A stretch of 32,000 bases of DNA from Candidatus Saccharimonadota bacterium (lineage in GTDB: Bacteria > Pseudomonadota > Alphaproteobacteria > CAJXXZ01 > 1604HC). Positions 1 to 8,380 of this stretch are shown in pieces. The translations under genes and the position numbers were made by a program. Numbering within the stretch: position 1 is the first letter of the stretch; every line of letters begins with the position of its first letter. The notes under the pieces were generated by a model. It did no database searches and was not told the origin of the DNA. It worked only from the letters and a program-made list of their open reading frames with translations. Location of the stretch: contig NZ_CP043314.1 of NCBI RefSeq assembly GCF_008189525.1, forward strand, positions 420,001-452,000, in the 5' to 3' direction.

Positions 1-2080
1 TTTTTATAATTTTGTCAAACAATTCTACTGGATCTTCTTTCCAAAATTCAGACCAATTTTTAGTAAAATCATTAAACAATCTAAATTCATCAGAGGTTAT
101 ATTGCTGATGTCTATCTTTATATCTTCTCTTATGCCATCAATTTCTTTTTCTATTACGAATATTGAATCGCTTTGAGATACAGATACATTAAAACCTTTG
201 CTTTCCAAATATTCCTTCATTTTTCCTACGTGCTCTACACCCAAGACTTCTCCATCGAAAGCTTTAGAAGCTAACATTACTCTCCAAGAATCAGACTTTT
301 TCACTATTTTGTTTTTAACTTCATTTGCATCTTTCAAAAACAGCTTAAGTTTTTCTTGCTCCATTTCGAAATCTTCTATAGCAAGATCCTTACTCATATC
401 AATCAATTTAGATAAAAACTCTTTTTCATCTCTTACATAAACAATTTTACCATGCCTTTTTAATCCATATAAAGGTGGTTGAGCTATATACAAGTATCCT
501 CTATCTATAACAGCTCTCATGTATCTGAAGAAGAATGTAAGAAGAAGTGACAATATATGCTTTCCATCAACATCAGCATCTGTCATTATAATTATTTTGT
601 GATATCTGATCTTTTCAACATCAAAATCCTCACCTATCCCTGTTCCAAGAGAAGATATAAGAGTTGTAATTGCGGCAGAGCTAAGCATTTTATCAAAACG
701 TGCTTTTTCTACATTCAAAATCTTTCCTCTCAATGGCAATACAGCTTGAACAAATCTATTTCTGGCCTGCTTAGCAGAACCACCTGCACTATCACCCTCA
801 ACTATAAAAAGCTCACATTTAGCTGGATCTTTTTCAGAACAACCTGCTAATTTCTTTAAAACTTGAAAATCTATACCATTTTTCTGTTTTCTAGTCATAT
901 CTCTAGCTTTTCTAGCAGCTTCTCTTGCTGAAGAAGAACTAATTATTCTTTGTATGATTATTTTTGTTTCACTTGGGTGCTCTTCCAACCAGTCGTACAC
1001 ATCTTTAAAAACAGCAGACTCAACAAATGATCTAACATTAGAAGAAACAAGCTTCTCTTTTGTTTGTGAAGAAAACTTAGGATCTGCAACCTTTACAGAC
1101 AAAACACAAGCAAGGCCTTCCCTAATATCTTCACCTGTTATGCTTACTTTTTGGTAATTCTTATTGTTACTATTTTTAATATAAGATTGAACTGCTCTTG
1201 TTAGTCCACTTCTGAAACCTTGCATATGAGTTCCACCGTCTTTTTGTGGTATAGCATTTGTAAAAAACAAAGAAGTTTCATAATAACTTTCAGTCCAAAC
1301 CATAGAACAACTTAGTTCCATTTCTTCATTCTTGCTTTTTATATTAATAGGCTCTGGGTGAACCATTTTTTTTCTCTTAGCAACAGATTTTACAAAAGAA
1401 GTAACACCACCCTCATCATGTAACTTTTCTTCGGACCCATCTCTCTCATCCAAAAGATTTATCTTAACACCAGGATTAAGATAAACTAATTCTTGAAATC
1501 TGTTAAAAAGCTTAATTTTTTCGAAAATTATATTACTAAAGATCTGCTCATCAGGAAAGAAATGTATCTTAGTTCCAGTTCTTTTAGACTCTTTACCTTT
1601 TAATTCCCTATTTACTTTCAAGACCTGAACTGTTTTTCCTCTTTCAAATCTCATCACATGTTCTAGAGAATCTCTCCATATTACAACTTCCATCCATACG
1701 GAAAGAGCATTCACAACAGAAGCACCAACTCCATGTAAACCACCAGAAACCTTATATGCGTTTGAAGAGAACTTACCACCAGCATGAAGCTGTGTCATTA
1801 TAACTTCAGCAGCAGACATTTTTTCACCAGCATGTGTGTCTACAGGAATACCACGACCATCATCTTCTACAGAAACTGAACCATCTTTACATATAGTCAC
1901 AGAAACATTTTCACAATAACCAGCTAAAGCTTCATCTATAGAGTTGTCTACTATTTCGTAAACTAAATGATGCAAACCACTTCCATCGTCTGTATCACCT
2001 ATATACATCCCGGGTCTTTTTCTTACAGCCTCAAGACCTTTTAAGACCTGAATCGATTCAGCACTATAGTTATTATTCAC
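1..2080 (-). CDS. gyrB: DNA gyrase subunit B, partial (693 codons in window; C-terminus lies beyond the left edge)
   Basis: Hand translation of the minus strand starts at GTG (2078-2080), preceded by an in-frame TAG at 2090-2092. It gives (M)NNNYSAESIQVLKGLEAVRKRPGMYIGDTDDGSGLHHLVYEIVDNSIDEALAGY, then GGLHGVGASVVNALS, GGTHMQGF, PKFSSQTKEKL, the TOPRIM motifs ELFIVEGDSAGGSAKQARNR and IIIMTDADVDGKHI, and QPPLYG. I checked the frame open from 2080 down to ~360 and again over 2-61. It is absent from the ORF track only because no stop lies in the window. Confidence 0.95.
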   Translation of the reverse strand, partial: MNNNYSAESIQVLKGLEAVRKRPGMYIGDTDDGSGLHHLVYEIVDNSIDEALAGYCENVSVTICKDGSVSVEDDGRGIPVDTHAGEKMSAAEVIMTQLHAGGKFSSNAYKVSGGLHGVGASVVNALSVWMEVVIWRDSLEHVMRFERGKTVQVLKVNRELKGKESKRTGTKIHFFPDEQIFSNIIFEKIKLFNRFQELVYLNPGVKINLLDERDGSEEKLHDEGGVTSFVKSVAKRKKMVHPEPINIKSKNEEMELSCSMVWTESYYETSLFFTNAIPQKDGGTHMQGFRSGLTRAVQSYIKNSNNKNYQKVSITGEDIREGLACVLSVKVADPKFSSQTKEKLVSSNVRSFVESAVFKDVYDWLEEHPSETKIIIQRIISSSSAREAARKARDMTRKQKNGIDFQVLKKLAGCSEKDPAKCELFIVEGDSAGGSAKQARNRFVQAVLPLRGKILNVEKARFDKMLSSAAITTLISSLGTGIGEDFDVEKIRYHKIIIMTDADVDGKHILSLLLTFFFRYMRAVIDRGYLYIAQPPLYGLKRHGKIVYVRDEKEFLSKLIDMSKDLAIEDFEMEQEKLKLFLKDANEVKNKIVKKSDSWRVMLASKAFDGEVLGVEHVGKMKEYLESKGFNVSVSQSDSIFVIEKEIDGIREDIKIDISNITSDEFRLFNDFTKNWSEFWKEDPVELFDKIIK

Positions 2081-2161
2081 TAATACATTCTACATTCATA
2101 TTAACTTTTCTTCAACTTATCTTTTTATCATTTGATCTTTTATGCATCCCTGTTACTTGCT

Positions 2162-3043
2162 CTAATGATCAGTATCATTTAAATCTAAAAACATACTTCC
2201 AGATGAAAATTCCTTTTCTTTTTCATCTATAGTCAAAACAGCCATACCATTGTCATTTATTCCTTTTAGAGCACCCTTAAAAGTCTCTTCCCTACTATTC
2301 AAAATCACATTTTGTCCTGCATAAGCCAAATTAGAGTTTATATAATCCAAATGCGGCTTTATTCCAGTTTGCAGAAAGTCTCTAAAAAATTTACCTAACC
2401 TACAAGCTATATGATCAGAAAAATCTTCTACACTTATATTTTGCACACAATTCAAAGAAACCATTCCATTGTTATTAATAAAGTTATTCAACATGAATGC
2501 TTCTTTCATACAAGTTGACCTACCTAAAGGAGAGAGGTTAATATTCAATCCTATTCCTATAATTGCAACTTTTGATATTTTGCCAGAATTTGAACCGTTG
2601 TAATCATACAATTCTGACAAATTACCAGATATTTTCTTGCCGCAATACATTACATCATTTATCCATTTTATTTCTGTATCTATTCTGTAATCTTTTAAAA
2701 TCTGATGAATAAGCAAGCTAATCATTTGTGATAAGTTAATTAGATCTTGTGCTTCTTTGTCATTCGGAACTGGAATTATAGAAGTAAGATACAAATTTCC
2801 TTCTGGAGAATTCCAAACTCTTTCATACTGCCCTACCCCTACTTCTTGCTTTGTGGCTCGTACAGTTATAAATTTATTATCTTCAAAATATTCATCTAAG
2901 TTCTCTTTAATCAACTCTCTAGCAAATTTTTGAGTACTATCAATAGATTTAAAAAAGAATTCTGTACCATGAAATTTTTTCAACTTCACAAAGTTTGTTT
3001 TTGTTAAATTCACAACTATAGCAATAGCAAATAATATAAACAA
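2162..3043 (-). CDS. birA: Biotin--protein ligase (BirA/BPL family, group I, no HTH domain) with a divergent adenylate-binding loop
   Basis: The 293-aa ORF has IDSTQ (BirA IDSTN), VGVGQYERVWNSPEGNLYLTS (BirA GRGRRGRKWFSPFGANLYLS), IKWINDV..GKKISGNLSE (KWPND..KLAGILVE) and IGIGLNI (IGAGINM). The start is uncertain. The maximal ORF begins at TTG 3043, with no ATG near the N-terminus. Alternatives are GTG 3013, GTG 2989 and TTG 2983. Confidence 0.7.
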   Translation of the reverse strand: MFILFAIAIVVNLTKTNFVKLKKFHGTEFFFKSIDSTQKFARELIKENLDEYFEDNKFITVRATKQEVGVGQYERVWNSPEGNLYLTSIIPVPNDKEAQDLINLSQMISLLIHQILKDYRIDTEIKWINDVMYCGKKISGNLSELYDYNGSNSGKISKVAIIGIGLNINLSPLGRSTCMKEAFMLNNFINNNGMVSLNCVQNISVEDFSDHIACRLGKFFRDFLQTGIKPHLDYINSNLAYAGQNVILNSREETFKGALKGINDNGMAVLTIDEKEKEFSSGSMFLDLNDTDH

Positions 3044-3060
3044 AACATATACTTAACAGC

Positions 3061-4524
3061 ATGAACAATACAAACAGTAATAATATACTTTGTACAAGAT
3101 TCGCTCCTAGCCCTACTGGATTGATGCACATAGGAAACATAAGATCTGCATTGATAACATATCTTTGGGCAAGAAAAAATAATGCAAAATTCATTCTTAG
3201 ATTCGATGATACAGACACAGAAAGATCTAAACAGGAATTTTCAAACAATATCAAAGAAGATTTGCTTTGGCTTGGAATAAATCCTGACAAAACAATATTC
3301 CAATCTAAAAGAAATGAAATTTACTGCAATTGGTTTAGTATATGTTTAAATGCAAATCTAGTTTATGAATGTGATGAAACTCCCGAAGAACTAGAAGATT
3401 TAAGAGAAAAATTAAAATCACAAGGGAAAGCTCCTGTTTTTAAATTTTACTCCATAAAAACTAGCCTAGAGTCAGAACAATCTAGCACTACATCAGATAA
3501 GAAGATCACAAAGTCAGAGAAACCAAAATACTGGAGATTCAAACTACCTGATTTAAAAATAACCTGGAAAGATTTAATTAAAGGAGAAATTTCAATAAAT
3601 CTCAGAAATGTAAGCGATCCTGTTATCAGAAAAAGCGATTCAAGCTTTACATACACCTTTACAAGCGTAATTGATGATATTTCAGAAGAAGTCACACATG
3701 TTATTAGGGGGGAAGACCACACCATAAACACTGCTGTTCAACAATATATGATAGAAACAATTAAGCAAAAAATTATAAGTAAACCTGAAACTGACGGAAA
3801 TTCAAAACCTACAGAACAATCAACTTTCGATAGAGAATCAAGTCAAAATATAGAATCTCTTGGAAATAAATCAGAAATAAAATGGGCTCATTTGCCAATT
3901 ATTCTAGATAATTCTGGAAAAGTACTTTCCAAAAGGAATGGAGCAAAAAGTATCAAGGAAATCAGAGAGGAAGGTTTTTTACCAGAAACATTAATAAGTT
4001 ACATCACTAACTTAGGAAAATCACAATATATCATTGGTAATATGAAAGAAGTGCTAAAAGCATTCGATATAAATTATTCATCTTCCCAAGCTAGATTTAA
4101 TCAAAAAGAATTTTTAAAAACACAACAGAAAATTCTCAGAAACAAAATAAAAGAGCAAAATGCGTATTTCCAAAATAAGTATAAAATGTCTGAAAAAACG
4201 CTTTCTTTAGTAAGGGAAGAGATTGATTTCGAGCATGAATTAGAGGAGTGGCATGATATATTCTACAAAAAGATTCATTTCTATAGATCAGACAATGAAA
4301 ACAATACAGAAAAAACTGATAAGATTATATTTTTAGAAAAAGAAGAAAATGAGATCTGGAAAAATTGGATAGAAAGAAATTGCGAAGGAAGAAATAGAAG
4401 AGATATACTAAAAGAATTAAGATTCGTACTAACAGGCAGAAAATTCGGCCCTACTCTAACAGATTTACTTGAAAACATAGATATAGAAGTAGTAAATTTC
4501 AGACTTTTCAATAGAGATTCTTGA
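3061..4524 (+). CDS. gltX: Glutamyl-tRNA synthetase
   Basis: 487 aa. Motifs: RFAPSPTGLMHIGNIRSAL (HIGH motif), FILRFDDTDTERS, THVIRGEDHTINT, GKVLSKRNG (KMSKS-equivalent), GFLPETLISYITNLG. It ends at TGA 4522-4524. It carries low-complexity insertions (see findings). Confidence 0.9.
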   Translation: MNNTNSNNILCTRFAPSPTGLMHIGNIRSALITYLWARKNNAKFILRFDDTDTERSKQEFSNNIKEDLLWLGINPDKTIFQSKRNEIYCNWFSICLNANLVYECDETPEELEDLREKLKSQGKAPVFKFYSIKTSLESEQSSTTSDKKITKSEKPKYWRFKLPDLKITWKDLIKGEISINLRNVSDPVIRKSDSSFTYTFTSVIDDISEEVTHVIRGEDHTINTAVQQYMIETIKQKIISKPETDGNSKPTEQSTFDRESSQNIESLGNKSEIKWAHLPIILDNSGKVLSKRNGAKSIKEIREEGFLPETLISYITNLGKSQYIIGNMKEVLKAFDINYSSSQARFNQKEFLKTQQKILRNKIKEQNAYFQNKYKMSEKTLSLVREEIDFEHELEEWHDIFYKKIHFYRSDNENNTEKTDKIIFLEKEENEIWKNWIERNCEGRNRRDILKELRFVLTGRKFGPTLTDLLENIDIEVVNFRLFNRDS

Positions 4525-4701
4525 TTTCTAAGGCCTTTAAACCTACATCAGTATAAAATAGCAAACAAACCAAAGGATAAGTTAGCAAACTAAATAAGAC
4601 TTAAACATTAAGGATTCTCCATATTAATAATAAAAATAGCTATTTTTTAACTAAAGTTTTTTTATCTAAATCTAAAAAAACCAAGGATAATGAAATAATT
4701 A

Positions 4702-5658
4702 TTAAACAACTTCATTCATATTTGTATAGTAAAATTTCAAAGCATCATACTTCGATTCTTTAGAGTTAAACTCTTCTTCTGTTATATAAAATAGCAAATT
4801 CAGACTTATATCTTTAACATATTTTTCGTATGTAAATTCTTCTTCAGTAGAATATTCTGGAATTTTTTCAGAGTTAATATAACTTGTTCTTTTCAACAAC
4901 GAGCTTAATCTATTATAAAATTCCAGATTGAAACTTTCTGGATCAATTCTGTTGTAATTAACCTGCAACCAACCACCTAATTTATTTTTAGTACGTATTT
5001 CAAAAACTTCTGAATCAATACTATACAATCTATGGGAATAAAGATTTTCATAAAGAACATCATCAATATTAGATTTTTTTTCTAAAACAGATTTATTCTC
5101 TTCATCATATACAAACAAAACACTATCCCTGTATTGATTAACTATAGATTGCACATAACCATTTTGAATATATTTACCATCATAATCACAAAGCAGCATA
5201 CAAACAGATCTAGACACCTTTTCAGATTCTTTTTCACTCATTTCTGATCTAAAATGAATAAAAGGACCTAAATCCACTAATTCAGTTCTTTTTCCATATT
5301 TATGTTTCTCTTCTTTATCTAGAAAAAACTCATAAGAAATTCCTTTTAAAGAACCATCATTGATAATTAACCATTTTTGAATCTCGTTCAGAGATACGCT
5401 TTTAATAACTTCAGTCTTTTTATAAAGTTCATCAAATACTGATCCGTAAACTAAGTCTACTAAGTTATTTCCCCTGTAAACACAAAATGCTCCAGCAGTA
5501 CATTGATCAGGCAAAGCCATAGCTTCATCCATTTTCCCAATCAATTCTTTAGCTTCAGATGTAAATCCATCCATTTTTGCATATTCTGCAAAATAACTAT
5601 TCGATTCAAATGTAATACACAGAAGCATGAGTACATGTAATTTATTTATTAAGCACAT
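4702..5658 (-). CDS. Hypothetical protein (orphan) with a hydrophobic N-terminus, possibly exported
   Basis: Intact 318-aa ORF with an ATG start, co-directional with and 106 nt downstream of fabH. The N-terminus KLHVLMLLCITF is hydrophobic and signal-like. I recognise no family motif. Composition is protein-like (mixed charged/aromatic), not just low complexity. Confidence 0.5.
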   Translation of the reverse strand: MCLINKLHVLMLLCITFESNSYFAEYAKMDGFTSEAKELIGKMDEAMALPDQCTAGAFCVYRGNNLVDLVYGSVFDELYKKTEVIKSVSLNEIQKWLIINDGSLKGISYEFFLDKEEKHKYGKRTELVDLGPFIHFRSEMSEKESEKVSRSVCMLLCDYDGKYIQNGYVQSIVNQYRDSVLFVYDEENKSVLEKKSNIDDVLYENLYSHRLYSIDSEVFEIRTKNKLGGWLQVNYNRIDPESFNLEFYNRLSSLLKRTSYINSEKIPEYSTEEEFTYEKYVKDISLNLLFYITEEEFNSKESKYDALKFYYTNMNEVV

Positions 5659-5764
5659 TCCATTATTTAATCACGTAATTCACAACACATGAATAAAAAT
5701 ACAATAAAATAATGTTAAATTTCCAAAATATAGAGATTTCAAAAATATTCAATAAATAAGAAAT

Positions 5765-6694
5765 CTATAGTTGAACCAGAACTGACCCCCACCTAAATCC
5801 TGCAGCAAAACCAGTAAACAACAATTTCTGTCCAGAAGATAACTTACCTTCCTTAAAAACATCATATAATGCCAACGGAATTGAAGCAGCCGAAGTGTTC
5901 CCATACTTATCACCATTGTAAACTAGATTTTTTATACCACTCAAATTTTCCGATACTTTTTTCAGAATACGTAAGTTAGCTTGATGTGGAATAAACCAAT
6001 CTACTTCTCCTGATTCCTTAACTATATTAATCACATCTTCTCGCATACTAGAACATGCATTTTTAAAAACATCTTGTCCATTCATTTTTATAGAACCATT
6101 CCCAAATTCCTTGTCATTTATTTTTGTGGTTGTGTTCTCAACATTTAATGAATCAAATGAAGGTTTCGAATAAGAGGAATACTTTAACAACTTACCAAAT
6201 TTATTATTCACCAAAACAGCTCCAGCTCCATCTCCAAACAATACTGCTGTAGACCTGTCATTCCAATCAAGTATAGAGCTCATTTTTTCTGAACCAATAA
6301 TTAGAGCTTCTGAATCTTCTGGCATGTTCTGTAGAAAAACCATTGCTGTTGTAAATGCTTGGACAAAACCGTTGCATGCATCATGTATATCAAAACACAT
6401 AACATCTTTTCCTAATCCTAGTTTTCCATGAACATAAGATGAACATGTTGGAAAATTACAATCTGGCGTAGATGTTGCACATAAGATTATTTTCACATTT
6501 CCTAAATTTAAATTTTTTGCAGACTCATATGCCATTGAATAAGTAGTTTCTTTTTCTGCAATAAATCTAGAGCTTATCCCTGTTCTTGTTTTTATCCATT
6601 CATCTGAAGTATCCAGCTTTTTTTGTAAATCAAAATTACTTACACAATTAGATGGGACAAAAATACCACAATCTTTTATAAGCATACCATTCAT
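5765..6694 (-). CDS. fabH: 3-oxoacyl-ACP synthase III
   Basis: Motifs: SDEWIKTRTGI, the active-site Cys context DACNGFVQAF, PHQANLRI and GNTSAASIPLAL. The maximal ORF starts at TTG 6712. I prefer ATG 6694 (MNGMLIKD...) because AAGGA lies 8 nt upstream. Confidence 0.9.
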   Translation of the reverse strand: MNGMLIKDCGIFVPSNCVSNFDLQKKLDTSDEWIKTRTGISSRFIAEKETTYSMAYESAKNLNLGNVKIILCATSTPDCNFPTCSSYVHGKLGLGKDVMCFDIHDACNGFVQAFTTAMVFLQNMPEDSEALIIGSEKMSSILDWNDRSTAVLFGDGAGAVLVNNKFGKLLKYSSYSKPSFDSLNVENTTTKINDKEFGNGSIKMNGQDVFKNACSSMREDVINIVKESGEVDWFIPHQANLRILKKVSENLSGIKNLVYNGDKYGNTSAASIPLALYDVFKEGKLSSGQKLLFTGFAAGFRWGSVLVQL

Positions 6695-6957
6695 TCGCAA
6701 TTCCTTTTTCAATTATTCATATTTAATACATATTAAACCATCAGAACCAAGGCAATCTTCATATCCAGACTTTAAAATATATAACTAACGACTGAGAACA
6801 TTATATTACATACAGAGATTATTGCAAATTGATAAAATTTTAAATTCATGAAGATTACACAAATTCAAGCATATAATGCTTATTATTTTAATCCAGATTA
6901 TAACAAACAAAAATCTATATTATGAAATAAATCACCATAAAAAATCAAATCAAGAAG

Positions 6958-6981
6958 TAATGGTAAAAAATAATGGTAAAA
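6958..6981. repeat. Direct repeat TAATGGTAAAA x2 (13-bp period) in the plsX-fabH spacer
   Basis: The copies are at 6958-6968 and 6971-6981, read directly. On the minus strand each reads TTTTACCATTA. Confidence 0.6.
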
Positions 6982-7089
6982 TGCAGACATAACTCAATAT
7001 ATAATTTGTAAAAAAAAACTAATACTAAAGAAGTATAAAGTTAAAAAATATAGATATTAATTTAACAGAAAATAATCAACAAGTAATTG

Positions 7090-8061
7090 TTAGGTAGAAA
7101 TTTTCTGCTCTATTAAAGATGCATCATTTGTTTCTTGTTTCAGCTTTTCATAGCTTCTTATGAATTTACTTGCAGTTCTTAAAGATTGCAAAAAAGATTT
7201 TTCACTTGATGATCCATGAGCTTTTATAGACAATCCCTTTATTCCCATCATAATAGCCCCATTATATTTATCTTCGCTCCATCTATTAAGAACTTTGACT
7301 AACATTCTTGTAATGAAATTTTTCTCTAATTTAGATCTTAAAAATCTAAATGTTCCTTCACAAGATTTAGAAATACAATTTCCACTAAAGCCATCAGTAA
7401 CAATTACATCTGCATCGCAAGAGAATATTTTATCTGAATCTATAAATCCATCAAAATTACCATCTTTTTCCATCATGTCCCCAGCTTCTCTAACTTCAGG
7501 AGTTCCTTTTATGTTTTCATGACCAACATTTATCAAGCTCACTTTAGGCTTATCTACACCCAAGTAACATTTAGCCAGAATAGATCCTAATACACCAAAG
7601 GAATGTAAGTCTTTTGCAGAGCAAGTTAAATTAGCTCCTATATCTGTAAGAACTTTTGATTTTTTATATCCTGGTATAAAAACAGCTAATGGAGTTTTAG
7701 AGAATCCTTCAAAAAATCCTAAAATCTTTCTAGAAAGTATCATATAAGGACCTGTGCTTCCTAAAGTTATTACTCCCTGAGATGCTCCATCCTTTACAGA
7801 TTTCAATGCTAATCCCATTGTAGATTTTTTATAATACTTTAAAGAATCAAGTATATTTTTTTTAGGGTCAACAAAATCAGAACATTTAACCAATTCAACT
7901 CTTCCTTCGAAATTTCTAAAAAAATTTTCCTCAGGCAAAATAGTTGTATATAAAGAAACAGATAAATCCTTGTTTTCTTCTAGAAAAATCTTTACTGAAT
8001 CGAAAACCATTTGGGGACCTAAATCACCACCCATGCAATCAATAGATAAAGTTAAACTCAC
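7090..8061 (-). CDS. plsX: Phosphate acyltransferase PlsX
   Basis: 323 aa. Motifs: LSIDCMGGDLGP, GVITLGSTG, VIVTDGFSGN, and a GIKGLSIKAHGSS-type C-terminal region. The GTG start lies 3 nt after the rpmF stop, matching the conserved rpmF-plsX-fabH order. Confidence 0.92.
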   Translation of the reverse strand: MSLTLSIDCMGGDLGPQMVFDSVKIFLEENKDLSVSLYTTILPEENFFRNFEGRVELVKCSDFVDPKKNILDSLKYYKKSTMGLALKSVKDGASQGVITLGSTGPYMILSRKILGFFEGFSKTPLAVFIPGYKKSKVLTDIGANLTCSAKDLHSFGVLGSILAKCYLGVDKPKVSLINVGHENIKGTPEVREAGDMMEKDGNFDGFIDSDKIFSCDADVIVTDGFSGNCISKSCEGTFRFLRSKLEKNFITRMLVKVLNRWSEDKYNGAIMMGIKGLSIKAHGSSSEKSFLQSLRTASKFIRSYEKLKQETNDASLIEQKIST

Positions 8062-8064
8062 TCT

Positions 8065-8250
8065 TTATTTTTTATCCTTTATTTTTAGGACCTGTCTTCC
8101 TTTATATTGTCCACATCCCATACATACTGTATGAGGTTGCTTGTAAAATCCACATTTACAAACAGACAATTCAGGTAAAGTAACTTTGTAAGAACTACTT
8201 TGTCTTTGTCTTCTTTTTGTAATCGAAACTCTCTTTTTTTGTACAGCCAT
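8065..8250 (-). CDS. rpmF: 50S ribosomal protein L32
   Basis: 61 aa. MAVQKKRVSITKRRQRQ followed by a zinc-ribbon-like CKC...CMGC pattern. It sits immediately upstream of plsX. Confidence 0.9.
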   Translation of the reverse strand: MAVQKKRVSITKRRQRQSSSYKVTLPELSVCKCGFYKQPHTVCMGCGQYKGRQVLKIKDKK

Positions 8251-8380
8251 TCAACCCCCAACATTTTTTAGTAAAGAAATAAATCTTTACAAGATATTAA
8301 CTTTTTAACATAAACATAGTTTTTTTTCAATAAAAAACACTCTTAAACTCTCAAAACAATTAAAAATTATCTAATTTTTT

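Noticed and set aside
198-1157. Three plus-strand ORFs (198-440, 557-850, 954-1157) in the ORF track
   Set aside because: They lie antisense to the continuous, motif-rich gyrB frame on the minus strand. Their products are low-complexity S/F/L-rich strings typical of shadow frames in AT-rich DNA.
2949-3290. 113-aa minus-strand ORF spanning the birA/gltX junction
   Set aside because: It overlaps the strongly supported gltX N-terminus (the HIGH motif region) in antisense and also overlaps the birA-like 5' end. It has no recognisable motif.
3447-4511. Minus-strand ORFs 3447-3731 and 4281-4511 inside gltX
   Set aside because: These are antisense shadow ORFs within a well-supported gene, and their products are low complexity.
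7295-7522. Plus-strand 75-aa ORF inside plsX
   Set aside because: It is antisense to a conserved PlsX region and has no motif.
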